A stretch of 64,000 bases of DNA from Camelus ferus (GCF_009834535.1 NC_045707.1:52516001-52580000); one strand, 5' to 3'; positions 1 to 12,410 are shown, numbered from the stretch's first letter. Made by a program: numbers and translations. Notes: generated by a model from the letters alone, not told the origin.

Positions 1-221
1 ATCCCACATCTGAAATAGGGCTGAGGTTATGCTGCAGGAAGAGGGACCTAAAATCTCAGTGGCTTCATTGACTCTAATTTCATCTAACAAAGCTTTATTA
101 CTCATTCGTGTTCTTTATCCATCATTGAGCAGAGTGGGCAATTTGCAATTTTTATGAATATCTGAAGCTATTCGAAAAATTTTAAACAGTTCATTAAAAA
201 AATCCAAATCCTGTCTCTTAC

Positions 222-500
222 CCTGAATGGCTGCCTTCTCTGAAGGGGGTGGGGAGCCACATAGTTTGGGGGTGTCTGTCCCCTGAACGTGCCCTCCCTT
301 GGGACGGACGGGGTCCCTTGTCTTGTGTCCCGCACACCCTGGTCAGTGGGAGATGCACAGGTTGGGGGATTAAGCCGTTTCTGTGTGTCTGTTGCTTTCC
401 TGAGGTCCCTGGATATGCTCATCAATCCATCTCCCAGTGACCCCCGAGTTCCTGGCCCCTGTTTTGACCTCCTTTCTGCCGCTCACAATTTGATTTATTT
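222..500 (-). pseudogene. Exon, 279 nt: (E)INQIVSGRKEVKTGARNSG...TETA*SPNLCISH*PG...EKAAIQ
   Basis: Acceptor ctttgattcttcgtcag|, donor AGG|gtaaga. Length is a multiple of 3. Stops at 372-370 and 345-343. Confidence 0.55.
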
Positions 501-886
501 CTGACGAAGAATCAAAGTGTGTTAGTTCTGGAAGGAAGCTTAGACCATCTAGGCAAATCCTTTTGAGTTCATAAAACATGAAAGGGCCCCCTAGTAACAG
601 AGGGCTCACCGCTCATCTTGACCTCGAGGGGAAGCTGACCCCCGGCCGGCCCCGCAGACCTGGAGGTCCAGGCCGGCCCTGGCCCCTCCTCCACCAGCTG
701 GTCACTCCAACAGCAGCTCCGTTTAGATTTCCTTATGTGTGTTGTGCATACACACGGACCTACAAGTCTGCGTGTGTGTTCCTGTGGAGTCTTGAATCAA
801 TTTACACACAACGTTTTTTTGAGGATATCTCACAGAAGAACTATTTTTTCAAATCTTTTGGAGTAAATGGAAGATAAAATACTTAC

Positions 887-917
887 CTGGCTCCTTTTCC
901 TTTGGCTGTAAAAGCCC
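887..917 (-). pseudogene. Exon, 31 nt: GLLQPKEKEP
   Basis: Acceptor aagttttag|, perfect donor CAG|gtaagtat. Confidence 0.6.
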
Positions 918-1811
918 CTAAAACTTATTTTCAAGAGAAAGGTTCAGATCGTGTGCTTTTGATTTGTTAGTTAATGCAGCAGAACATAAAAAACAGAAAA
1001 TATTTTGACTTTCAAGCGTGGGTCTGAATTTTCCCTTAGAAACAGAGGTTGCAGTTTTCTTCGTGGAAATGCACTGCAGAATATTGTGCATCTGAATGAC
1101 TCTTTGACTGTGTTGATTCCTCCTCTGGGTGCTCTGGTGAGAGGCGGGAAACAGATCTCAAGGAAAGCGATCTGAATTCAGAGCTGTGCTTTGGGTAAGG
1201 TGTTGCAGGCTCTCAAAATAATATGTTGACTCTAGAGTGTCTGCAAATTGTCTGTGGCAACCCCAATGATTGTAATATAAATGGAGACGTTGCTGAAAAT
1301 ATGCTGCTTGTATGAGCATGGGATTTTTTGCCTCTTCTGACATATATTTGAAAATATGCAAGCTGGCAATGTGCAAATGATTTCAAAAATCATTTTAGAC
1401 CAAAAAAAGAAGACAAATCAACTAGCGCCTCCCTGAAACAGTTCCATTAAATCTCAGGGTGGGTTTCAGAAATAGAAGGAAAATACATGGGACTTGAACT
1501 GTGTGTTGTACACAGGAACTTACAGGGACTTCTTTGTTTTATTTTATTTCCCCTCTGCTTTCACTTTTGTTTAAAAATACACACAGGGCAGAAGTCAAAA
1601 TTGTAACAGTTATTTCCATAGGAGATGAGATTATTAGTGAGTTTTTTTTTTTTGCTACTTTTCTTTGCTTATTTTATTAATCTCTAAACATTTTGCAATT
1701 AATATGTATCACTTTTGTGATAAAATAGTTTTTTTTTTACATGTGCAGACTTGTTGTTTTTTAATGGGTTTATTGTTTTTGTTATTTTATTTTATTATAT
1801 TTTCGACCATT

Positions 1812-1922
1812 TTTTAAATTGAAGTTTGGTTGATTTACAATGCTGTGTTAATTTCTGGTGTATAGCATAGTGATTCAGTAATACATACATATACATGTTC
1901 TTTTTCATACTTTTTTCCATAG
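1812..1922 (-). mobile_element. L1 3'-end fragment (cetartiodactyl type)
   Basis: tttttaaattgaag...ttgatttacaatg...tggtgtatagcatagtgattcag signature. Confidence 0.8.
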
Positions 1923-2076
1923 TGACTTTTTAAAATACTGCTTTTTAATGCCTCTCAGAGCTCAGAGGCAATCTGCCTAATGTTTATCCTGATTCCTAAT
2001 TCCATGGAAGTACTGCAGCAGGATTATCATCACTCACATGGCAAGGAAAAGCGCGTCTGTACCTCAGTTCTGTTAC

Positions 2077-2197
2077 CTCTTCTGATTTTCAGCTTTGAGA
2101 AAAAGGTACTTTGCAAATTGTAACTGTTTCCAAGAACTAAGCATGTTAAAGCAGGTCCAGGTCATCTTTTTGGTGAAAAGAATTGATAAATTCTGTA
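2077..2197 (-). pseudogene. Candidate exon, 121 nt, frame uncertain
   Basis: Strong acceptor ttgttcattctcctcccag|, donor GAG|gtaaca. Phase 1 is open (QNLSILFTKKMTW...). Phase 2 (TEFINSFHQKDDLDLL*) fits the downstream exon but has stops. Confidence 0.45.
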
Positions 2198-3058
2198 CTG
2201 GGAGGAGAATGAACAAACACCATCATCATAAGCATGTGCATGGACGGATGTCACAAAGAGCTGGCTGAGGGAGGCAGCGGGGAAAGGAGCACACTGAGTA
2301 ATCCACTTGTGTAAGGCTCAGAGCCAGCTCGTGGGGGCCTGTGAGGACTGCCCCTGGGGGATAGCGACAGAGATGAGTGTGACAACCCTCTGCACCCTTA
2401 GGCTGCTCTGACATTCCGTTTCTTCACTGAGGTGCTGGTTGCACAGGGGTGCATTTTGGTGGGAATTAATAGAGCGGATTGCACTTAGGAAACAGGTACC
2501 TCCCTCTCTCTGTGCATGACGTGTTTCAGTGAAAAGGTTCTTGAACACAATCAGTCTGACGGTCAAGATAGATGACTTTCAGCCTCAGGTTCTTCGTAAA
2601 GCCAATGTATGTTTGATCAATGAAACTTAAGTTATCATTAAACACATTAGAAGATTTGCCTGGATTTTAAGATGGTCCCTTCAGATGTTAGCTATGCCAT
2701 CTGTGATTACTGGGGTCTTCACCAGGCAGTGATCTCAGGAAGCCACTTGCTCCAAATTCCAGTGATTCTAAACAAAATTTCACTGCATTTTTTTAAATGT
2801 TGGTTGTCAAAAGCATTTTAGGTGTATTGAAGTCCAAGGGTATTTTGTATAAAACTCAGAGGATGGAATCTTGGTTGCCTGGAAATGCTACTGTAGAATG
2901 AGCATTACGCATTCCTGTTTCAACCAAAGTGAAACTGCTTTGTAGATACAATATTCTCTTAAGGGAAAGGGCCAAAAGCATCTTACTGTGTTTTTATTAT
3001 GTTGATTTCTAAAACCTATCCAACTCCTGGCATTAAATTCAGCTCAGAGAGAACTTAC

Positions 3059-3105
3059 TGTGAACTAGGGGACACTAAATTTTTTCATTAATTCTGTCCA
3101 ACCTT
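3059..3105 (-). pseudogene. Exon, 47 nt: (E)GWTELMKKFSVP*FT
   Basis: Acceptor cttgtttgctttaaag|, donor ACA|gtaagt. TAG at 3067-3065. Confidence 0.55.
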
Positions 3106-3616
3106 CTTTAAAGCAAACAAGCAGAGCTGCACCGAGAACGGTATTTTTGGCTTGGCACGTGAATAAAACTGGCATTAGTGAAAATGGCTATTAAGGACTA
3201 AAAATAGTCCAGATTGTCTATCATTTCCATTTTTAAAAGAAGGGCACTTAAAATTGATCCTGAAACGTAACATTTAGCATCATTACACAGTGTGCACACT
3301 TAAGCAGTTCTGAAAATACTTAGCAGACAGCCTGGAAGCTCTTATCGCAGTAGACCGCTGCGTGTTCAGAAATCTGTCCATCATCTAGTTGTTGCCGTAG
3401 CAACAGCCTAGTTCCAGCCAGAGAACAGGTCCCTTGTGCTGGCTCACGCGGAACCCTAAGCTTGCCCCCTCCCCTCACTGTCCAGCCATAAACCTCCATC
3501 TCCAGTCGGGGCATAACATCGTACCAAGAGATGCGGCTCTGGTGGCTGTGAATGAGGGCATGGCCTTTTCTGCTGCCCCTTGTTTGTCTGCTTGCGAGTT
3601 AGTAATGATGCCTTAC

Positions 3617-3667
3617 CAAGGAGACGCTTTGTAATTACTTCAGATGCTTTGGGTTTTGATCAAGATT
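3617..3667 (-). pseudogene. Exon, 51 nt: S*SKPKASEVITKRLL
   Basis: Acceptor gcttctcttaatatag|, donor TTG|gtaagg. One TGA at 3662-3660 in phase 1. Confidence 0.55.
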
Positions 3668-4199
3668 CTATATTAAGAGAAGCAATTTTACATAATTTAA
3701 ACATAATTTTCGCCCTTTCTCTGCTGCTGGAAATCTTGTTACCATCTCCTGGTTGTCATCAGGCCCCATGATGCCTGCAGGGGGGGTTGGATGCCATCCA
3801 TGGAAATTCCTGCTAATGTTCTCCAGATGGGATGGGCTGACGGTGGTTTCCTGGCCGGAAGTGTGCTCTGAGTGGTTAGGAAGAGGCCCTCGTTGGCATG
3901 TCTGATACTGGCCCCATGTCCTCCCATGTTCCAACATGTGGATTTAATTCTGAGTCAGAATACTGCAAGGAGGGCTGTTTAGGGTCCTACGTAAGAGCTC
4001 AAGGTCATATACTTGAATAACCCCAGCAGGAATTGCGTGTTTCTCTTTAGATCCACGTGGCTTCTTGCCTCTAAATGCCCTTCAAAAACCTCCCTCAATG
4101 AGCAGACAATTAGAAATCTATCTTTGTATGATGGAGCTATGGGTTGTTATATTTTTATCTCTTCTTCAATTTTCTACAACCATGACACGTTTATTGAAT

Positions 4200-4980
4200 A
4201 ATATAAAATAATTCTATCTTATTTAAATCACCCGAATTTTTCAAAAATTTTTTCAAAAAAGAAGTTGCCAGACTGGAATAAAGAATTCTTGACTTCCTTC
4301 ATCAAACCTCATCCAATGTTAACATTTCCTACAATCACAGTACAGTTATTAAAAAGCTCACTTATTAATTGGAATTCTACAGTAATGAGGAGCTTTCCCT
4401 ACCCCTCATTTATCTATCTTTTCTCTATCTATCTATCTATCTATCTATTCTATTCTATCTCCCATCCATCCATCCATTCATCTTATGTCAGTATGCACTC
4501 ATAGATATGTTTCATTCAATGGATTGTAATCCACTTATATAATTACTTTCTTGCTTGAATTGTCTCAAACGTGGTCACTGGGAGCCCTTTCAAGATGCTT
4601 CCTATGTCCTTTTGTCATGACAGCATCATTTTCTGAGCCCTGCCTTACTCCCTGGGACCTGGGGGGCACTTCCAACTTGTCGGGGACGGCACCACGGGAG
4701 AGGTAGCCTTCTATGTGAGCCTTGGGGAAGGCCAGGATTAGGACCAGCAGGAGTGTGGGTTGGGGGGCACCAAGGGCAGGTGCTGCTTCTGCATGTAATG
4801 CTTATGGGATTGGGAACAAAAATAATTATGTGCAAAATATAAATTAAAAAAATTAAAAGGTATTTAAAGTTCATCATGACTTTTTCCTGTCTCCATCTCT
4901 GGAATCCAAATGCTAAAAATACCTGATTTCTTTTAGTGCAGAATAGTATTTGGAAAACAAAATCAGAGTGCTGGGTAAAT
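4200..4980 (-). mobile_element. Old L1 3' UTR (L1MC4-like) with an internal (TATC)n tract and an unexplained insert
   Basis: ggtcactgggagccctttcaag...tcctatgtcctttt and ttcttttagtgcagaatagtatttggaaaac motifs. Confidence 0.55.
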
Positions 4981-5755
4981 AATACTCTATCTTTTAAAAA
5001 TCTCAGAGGAAATTGTATTAGTTCACCTTTTCTCTTGCTGTTAACAAAAATTATGTTTTAGAACCAGACTTCATTTAAAAACTATATTTCCAATACAGAA
5101 TACCAATTTTAAAAAATGTTTACCATTTCTTTTCTGATTACAAAAGTAATGTGCGTGCCCTGTGGGAATTTTTTTAAATAGAAAAATGTACAAATAAGGA
5201 TGTAAAACAAGTTCTCATTCTCAAGTGCTGATCATAGTTAATATTTTAAAAATCTACCTTTTTTCCTTTGGATTTTTATACATTAAAATAAATAAGAAAC
5301 CAAACTGTACATAATGCTATAATCTATTTTTAAAACTTACTATCATTTTAAACCTTTTACCATGCTATTAGAAATTCTAAAACACTCTTTTAATGAGTGT
5401 ATAGTATTGCATTGTATTAACTCCATTTCTTGGAAATGTATAATGTTTTCCAGTTTTTAATCTGATGCATGATCTGACAACAAACAGTCCTGTATATAAA
5501 TCTTTCAATTCATCTCTGTTTTCTGCAGATTACAGTTAAAAATAAAAAATATATTTGCTTTCTTATTTTTCCATAAACTGATTTAAAGGGGGATGTTTTA
5601 ATAACTTTTAAATTGGGGGTGGGAGCTTCCCAGAATGCTACATAGCTGAGCTGCCACTTCTCAGCAGGCTGTCAAACTTAGAACCTGATTAGTCTTGTAT
5701 CCTCAGCCCGTGCTTATCAGGGTACTATATGTACCTACTAGGCCATAGTAGATAG

Positions 5756-5761
<6 letters not shown>

Positions 5762-5793
<32 letters not shown>
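5762..5793. repeat. (AT)16 microsatellite
   Basis: Read directly. Confidence 0.95.
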
Positions 5794-5795
<2 letters not shown>

Positions 5796-5959
5796 TACCC
5801 AAACCACCCTGTACTACATTATACTGAAACCATGGTTTCAGATAAGATGGCACTTCAACTCCGGTCAGCGCTGCGAGACTTCATATTCATCACGATAAGA
5901 ATTTCACAATCATTGTTCGTAAAATAAATTGACAGCACTCACTAGCACCGTGGACTTAC

Positions 5960-6019
5960 TCTCCACTCTTGACACATTTCTGGGTGATCAGAAAGCTTTC
6001 TGTGAGCATTTAAATATCC
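5960..6019 (-). pseudogene. Exon, 60 nt: GYLNAHRKLSDHPEMCQEWR
   Basis: Acceptor tttccactttag|, donor AGA|gtaagt. Phase 0-0 open. Confidence 0.65.
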
Positions 6020-6258
6020 CTAAAGTGGAAATTCCACAGCTAGGCTTCAGTCTCCAAGAGATATACAGGTGGGTTGGACTGATGGGAGCGGTGCTTGAAA
6101 GCAAGTTTAATGTAATTCAGTGTTTAAAGGGCACCTCAAGAATTATAGAGAAAGGGAGCGTGTGTGGATTGTGTATTCCTGGGTGGCTTCCTGGAGGCAG
6201 CAGAACGTATACCTGAAAGCTAGTTCAGCTTTCCTCGGGCAGTATTGTTGATACTTAC

Positions 6259-6398
6259 AGAATCACAGCAAGAATCAAACAGGTGAAACAAATCACGGAG
6301 AAGATTTCATGAACGGGGACGAGCAGGAGTTTCTTAAGTGACAAATCATCTCCTGTGCAATAGTCTCTGAGCAATCTTCCTTAGACCTGAGGGACTTC
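6259..6398 (-). pseudogene. Exon, 140 nt, ending NLLRDLFHLFDSCCDS; three stops in frame
   Basis: Donor TCT|gtaagtat. Acceptor catctttggag| is weak. Length fits phase 1-0. Confidence 0.5.
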
Positions 6399-6590
6399 CT
6401 CCAAAGATGGATAGATCAGAACCAAATGTCAACTCCTAAGCCTAGGGCAGAGTTTTTCCTTCTTCTCTAACAATGAAAAATCAACAAGGTCTGGGTTATT
6501 AGGAGACTGGGCCTCACGTCTTGTCCTGACGTTTTGCAGGGCGAGCAGGTTACGTAGATACTGTCGGCAATATGATGAGTTAGTACTTAC

Positions 6591-6625
6591 CTTGTTCCTT
6601 TTTTATATTCCTAGAATATATATTA
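6591..6625 (-). pseudogene. Exon, 35 nt: NIYSRNIKKEQ
   Basis: Acceptor ttttcctcccag|, donor AAG|gtaagt. Phase 2-1 open. Confidence 0.65.
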
Positions 6626-7522
6626 CTGGGAGGAAAACATCTCAAAAGGTTTATGTAATGACACATTCCGTGTTCTGTGGTAACGGGCACATGGCATTGA
6701 TAATCGCTTGTGAACTTCAGTGATCGTGCACCTAAATGTATTTACAAGCCCCTGTGCCTCCAAGGATCACCAAGGTGACCGAGTGATGCTCTGGTTCCCT
6801 CCACGTGCGCAGAACCAGTGTTGCCTTCTTCCCACATTCATCTGAGAGTCAGGAGGTTCGTTTTGGGGGAAGAGGCGAGGCGAGAAGAGGTCTCTGGGAG
6901 CTTGAAAGTCTCTTCCTTGGCCCTGAAGGGTGCTGGGAACCTCCGAAGCAGGTGAGGTTCCTGAAAGTGTCTGAAAATGTTGGAAACCTCACTGTGCGTG
7001 GTCCTGGGCCGGGGGTGGGGGGGTGGGGGTGAGAGTCACAGCCCTGTGTGTGACTCCACATAGGTGACCAGCCACAGTTTCTACAAATACGGTCACGGGG
7101 GGAAGATGTTAGGTGAAGGGTTTTCATCATATTTTTTACCTACACTGAAAATATTTTCCCATTTTCTGAACCATAACTAAGATAGCTGGCAGACCTAGGT
7201 CTAACAAAAGCACAAGGTGTTTTGCTTCATTTGTCTTAATTGAGGTTCTCTGACAAAACCTTGGGCAAATAGGGGAGGGAGGTTCCTAGCAGACCCCCTT
7301 CTCCTTTCCAGTCTCAGTGTGGAGGATCCCCTCCAGCCCCCAGGCCCAGGGCTCCCACAGTCAGAGCCCAGACAAGACTGCAGCCTCCAGGCACCAGCAG
7401 GTCTGGAAACAGACACACCGTTTCAATTACAGGGGTGGGGGATGGGAGGGATCTCTCAAAGTTAGACCTGTCAAAAGGTATTTCCTTCTTTATGTGCTAT
7501 GTCAGCTTCGATTTATATATCT

Positions 7523-7690
7523 GTTATTGAGCTGTAGTTGATTTATAATATTACATTAGTTTCAGGTGTACAGCATAGTGATCGCAGTTTTTATAGGTTA
7601 TACTCCATGTAAGGTTATGGTAAAATATTGGCTGAATTCCCTGGGCTGTACAATGTACCCTGGTAGCTTATTTATTTTATACATAGTAAT
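7523..7690 (-). mobile_element. L1 3'-end fragment
   Basis: gtagttgatttataatattacattagtttcaggtgtacagcatagtga. Confidence 0.75.
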
Positions 7691-7801
7691 TTCTCCCACT
7701 TTCATTTATAAGGAAAACATTTTTAAAAGTTATATTTTTTAACTTCCAGGTGCTTCGTAACAGTCAGATTTCATATCTGAAAACGTTAAAAAATTTCTTA
7801 C

Positions 7802-7843
7802 CTAGTCTTTCTGCTGACGTCACCCCTTTTAGGATGATAGGTC
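7802..7843 (-). pseudogene. Exon, 42 nt: TYHPKRGDVSRKT(S)
   Basis: Acceptor ctgatttccag|, donor TAG|gtaaga. Phase 2-2 open. Confidence 0.6.
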
Positions 7844-7976
7844 CTGGAAATCAGTGATTTTAAAGATTCTGAGGTTTGCACAGGGACTTTCAGTGCACAC
7901 CAGGCTTATGAGGGTCGTGGACAGTCTGACTAGTGGTGGCGGGACCCACATCACGTGACGGGGCTCAAGGGACAAG

Positions 7977-8310
7977 CTTCAGGTGTGCAGCAAAGTGACT
8001 CAGTTATATATACATATATATACACACACATATGGACTTTTTCCAGATTCTTTTTCATTACAGCTCATTACAAAATATTGAATATAGTTCCCTGTGCTCT
8101 ACAATTGGCCTTTGTTGTTTATCTATTTTACATACGGCAGGTAGTCTCTGCAAATCCCAAACTCCCAGTTTATCCCTTTCCACTGCTTTCCAGCCCCTGA
8201 CATCCACCCCCCGTCCCCCCGGCGCTGCCGGTAACCTGAAGTTTGTTTTCTCTGTGAGTCCGTTTCTGTTTTTAAATAAGTACATTTGTGCCTTTTCTTG
8301 ATTACATGCT
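7977..8310 (-). mobile_element. L1 3'-end fragment (cetartiodactyl type)
   Basis: atattgaatatagttccctgtgct...ctgcaaatcccaaactcccagtttatccct...ggtaacc. Confidence 0.85.
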
Positions 8311-8964
8311 GTTTCATATTTTCTTTCTTGCATGAGCTACAGCCTTGATGCAGCTTCTGAATTCTTGGTCCTTTCTTTCCAGTAGACTGAGAAATTGAAG
8401 TCTCTTAGAAACAGCCTTCTTGAGAACATTTCTAGAGGCCTAACATCCCTCTCAATCTTCTTCTATGGTTTATCCAAATAAGGGAGCAATTATCTTCGGA
8501 AACTCAACTTCATCAGGTCTTTCCAAAGCGTTTAATTTAGTTTTCCCAGAAACAACCCTTTTTTTCTGTCTTCATGGTTTACTGACTTATGTAGTTTTAA
8601 ATTAGATTATATCATGACATGACAGTGAGTGCCGTCATAAACAATTCTGGGAAGAGCCGTCTCTATCACAAGTGCTAACACAGTTGGAGGAACACGGTTT
8701 TGTGGGCCTGCCTGTGAGCAACCTGCCGGTGGCAAGCGGGCAGGTCTGCAGATGGATGAAAAACGTCACCAGCTAATCCACCCCCACCAGCTCGATGAAG
8801 GAATTCAGGGACTGGCGTGAAAGCCACAGTGGGGGAAGTGTAAGTTTCAACGATTGTGCAATTTGATGTTCAAGAACGAGGTGGAGAGCTTACAAATGAC
8901 CTTGTCTGCACAAGAGCTTGGATTTAATCCTGCTAGGCACTGGGAAACGTCTTTAACTGCCAGG

Positions 8965-11900
8965 AAGTCGAATGAAAAGAGACATGCCTGGGGAGGTTTA
9001 TTGGGGATTACGTTTGAGGATCAACACTTGGAGGGGGTGGAAGAGGGAACTTAAACTCCGACACAAGCTACAGCTGACCCACTGGAGCTGGGATGGCCCT
9101 TCAGGGTTGAAGCAGAAGACTCACATCTTCACATTCAGCTCTGTCTCCTGTACCCGCCGCTGCGTGCCTGGCTGCCTTCACCTGCAGGAATTCACCCCCT
9201 GTGGCACAGTAAACACCTCTGGTCTTTGTTCTCAGCTCCTGGCCCTTGAGAGCTTCAAAGCTTTGGAATTTCCTGAGTGGTGGGACAGTCTTTCTTCTGC
9301 TAATGAGGTAATTCATGATGAGCCCTTGGACAGCTTCAGGATGGGGGCTGGTCCCCTGAGAGACCAACCACGTGATTAGGGGGCTGGAACTCTGAGGAGG
9401 GGAGAGGGACTGGGGACTGAGGTCAGTCACATGGGTGATGACTTCACCACTCGTGCCAGTGAAGTCTCTGGACGCCGAGGCTCAGTGGTGCTTCCTGGCT
9501 GATGGACACGGTAATGTGCTTGGAGAGCGACACGTCTGGATTCCATGAGGAGGGGGCGTGGACGAGCTGGGCACCCCCTGCCTTGACTCGCCCCGTGTGT
9601 CTCTTCGTTGGCTCTGTCCTGGTCTTACCCTTCATAATAAAACTTTAATGGTCAGCACAGCACTTTCTGTGAGTTCTGTGAGTTTTCCTAGAGAATCACT
9701 GAAACTGAGTGGGTTGTGGGAACCCCTGCATTTGGTCAGAAGTGCAGGTGGTCCCTGGGACTTTGACATGACTGCAGTTTTAATCCGCGCTAGCCATGAT
9801 GCCAAGTGGGGCACGGAGTGCACCTGGAAAGACCTCTTGGCTGAGTTTGTGGTAGTCCACTGCCCTCCTCGAGGGTCTGTCTGGATGTTTAGGGGCTAAG
9901 CTGGCAATTCCATGGGGTTATGTTGAGGACCAGCACTGCTACGCCCAGTATGGCCCTGAGGGTGCTGCTGATCTGTGTGACTCCCCCAGCATGTAAAGCC
10001 GCTTCTGATTTACTATATTGGAAGGTTGGGTGGGGGTGGGTGTTCAGAGACGTCCCCTTGGCTTTTCTCACTATGATAGCCATTACCTCACATGCCAAGG
10101 GGTCAATATGCCAAGGGGCCAACTCTCACACATGTCCTTTACAATTTTCATTTAGGGGCAGGGGAGTGACCGTTGGGCGGGTCGTGGACTCACCGGACCT
10201 CCTGTCGGCCAGATCTGAGCCAGGATCCATGTATCACTTGGGTCCCGTAGATCCCCTGCTATAATCACGGTGATGCTTCGGGCCTCTGAGGATCTCACCA
10301 GCTCACACCAGACACTGCACCACAGTCATCAAAATATTTACGTTTTTCCTTTCCCCAGCATCTGATTACTCAAGTAAAGGGCCGTATGTCCTTTTAGAAA
10401 ATGGCTGGAGACGTCACTCACATACGCGTTTGCCGTCGTCCTGTAGGGTTTCTTCCTCCAAGGGGTCTGGACACTTAGGTCCAGGGGCTGGAGAAGTGGC
10501 TGTGCCCCTTTGCTGGGGCAGCTATCCTCAGTCCTCTCATCACCCATCCTTGCTTTATCTCGATCGTGCAGACCAAACACCACCCTTGTTGGGTCCCCAT
10601 CTACCTTATTTGTAAGTGTGACATGACCTATGATCTCCACAGCCTTTTGGCTGCTAAACAGCCTTGCATTTATTATGAAAACTGTCCCATCTTGCCTCTG
10701 ACATTTAAGTGCAGTGCCCCAACCTCTGTTATTTTAGGATTTTATCAACCCTGCTGCTAGCAGGGAGCCCAGGAATCTGGTCCCACCCCCGCCAGCAGCC
10801 CTGGTCTACAGATCCCAGGCTTCTCTGAGTCTCTTGGTGACGCTGCTGCCCCTCCCCCAAGGTACCATCCTGCAGAACGCAGCCAGCTGGCTAGTTTTCT
10901 GGTCTTGTGTGGTGTGTTCCCTCTGGGGCATCCACTTCCCGGAGCCTTGATCCTCCCTGTTCCGTTGTCATGGTCTTGAAGTGGTGACTTCCTGCACCTG
11001 GACCACTGCTCTCTCCAGCGCTCTAAGAACCACTAGGCGTGGCATTGAAACTGTCTTCCGGGTCTTTGCCAGAATAGTCAATCCTGTATCATGGGAGAGT
11101 CCCTCCAAGTGTATAAACTCTTATGCAACTCTTCTGCCTGTCTTGGCCCGGAACTTCAAAGTACAGCCCCATGTATCGGCTTCTGCTGGTTCCTGTCGGC
11201 TGGTTCCTGTGGCTTCTTCGGGGGGTAGTCCTTTCCTCTCTTAGTAAGCCTAGCACCTTCCTGGCGAGTTTACTGTGACTTAGCCTGAGTTATTGGTTTG
11301 TGTCCAGGGGAGGGTATAAGGGTAGGTGCTAAAGGAGGTGTGTGTTATCTTGAAATTCAGAGACGTGCGTACCATCTTCAAGGAAGAGAGGAGAACCCTA
11401 GGCGCTCACAAGAAAGAGTAAGATACTCTTGGGGTCCAGAGATTTCAGAGGAATTGGCATTAAAAATTACAAGTGCAGGAGCTCAGATAATCCCTTTCTG
11501 TGCCTTGGGGCCCCACTCCTTTCCAAGGGCCTTGGCCTTGGCGTTGGAGACCTTCTGGGGATGACAGTTCAACCTCCCATGAAGCTCTGCTGATCTGTCC
11601 TGGATTTGATCGTGTTTCCTGTCCTTCAGCTGCAGAAGGTGAGACTCGCTCTATATGGTGACGAAAAAGCCCTCTGACTCTGACTCAGGTTTCCCCCGAA
11701 TGCTGCTTCCTCCAATGCACGGAGCACACCGCAGAGCGGCTGCCTGATCCCACTGATCCTTCCCTTCTGCTTTCCTGACATTTCTCAGACTCTGAGCCAC
11801 TTCCCACCGCAGTGCCTTCCTTCCTGGGCGCCCTCCCCGTGCTGGCTCGCTGCAGGTGAGAGTTAGCTCCGCTCCTGCAGGGCGCCTGGGGCTGTTCAAG

Positions 11901-12410
11901 CTCCACCTGCCATGGCTGATGAGATCTTCACAGCCAGCTCACCTGGGGTCATCTCCATCTCAAACCGCACGTTACAGCCGCTTCCTCCGACCACTCCTGG
12001 CACCACGTCATAGACCAGGTCCAGGTTCAGACGCCGAGACAATGCTTTTCATTTTGTTTGCTTTTGCTTTTGGTTTTGGTTTTTGCATGGAGGCATTTAT
12101 TAGAAAGTGTTCTCAGGGTCAACGTTTTAGGGAAGTGAAGGACGTAGGAGGGGGCCGAGGGAAGTGCTGAACTTCAGAGCAAATCCTACAGGGGCTTCTA
12201 GACCTGGGGTGGCCTGTACAGCCCTGCACTGACTGGTCCTTAGATGACAGCTGGCCCTGGGGGGGTGCCTGGGGTGAAGCTGCCATCTTTGGCTGAGGGC
12301 GACTCCTGGAGGGTCACTTGATTGAGGGCCATTTGCCCCCAAGACTGCTGGGAACCGGGGGACCAGTGCTTGTTCCCGGACAGGTCTAGGGAGCACGGCA
12401 GAGCATCCAC
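8965..12410 (-). mobile_element. Old ERVL-class element (MaLR/MLT1-like LTRs near 8965-9150 and 12010-12410, degraded internal region)
   Basis: Two similar LTR-like segments share the tttatt...g(a/g)tcaac motif. ORF 9889-10122(-), IIVRKAK...GGVTQISSTLRAILGVAVLVLNITPWNCQLSP, resembles the ERVL pol start (GKAKW...GGIAEISATIKDL...TTSPFNSPIWP, from memory). Confidence 0.65.
9195..9770 (+). mobile_element. MER21-like LTR nested in the MaLR/ERVL element
   Basis: ggaatttcctgagtg...cagcttcaggatgggggctggtc...gaccaaccacgtgattag...aataaaac...gagttctgtgag. Confidence 0.8.

Noticed and set aside
879..891. ATACTTACCTGGC, identical to the U1 snRNA 5' end
   Set aside because: Similarity stops after 13 nt; it is the complement of a perfect minus-strand splice donor.
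5824..5841. Perfect 18-bp palindrome CTGAAACCATGGTTTCAG
   Set aside because: About 64000/4^9, roughly 0.24, expected by chance in this window.
5929..6216. Plus-strand 95-aa ORF (DTFLGDQKAFCEHLNIPK...)
   Set aside because: Non-ATG start and no plus-strand exon chain; it overlaps the better-supported minus-strand exon 6019-5960.
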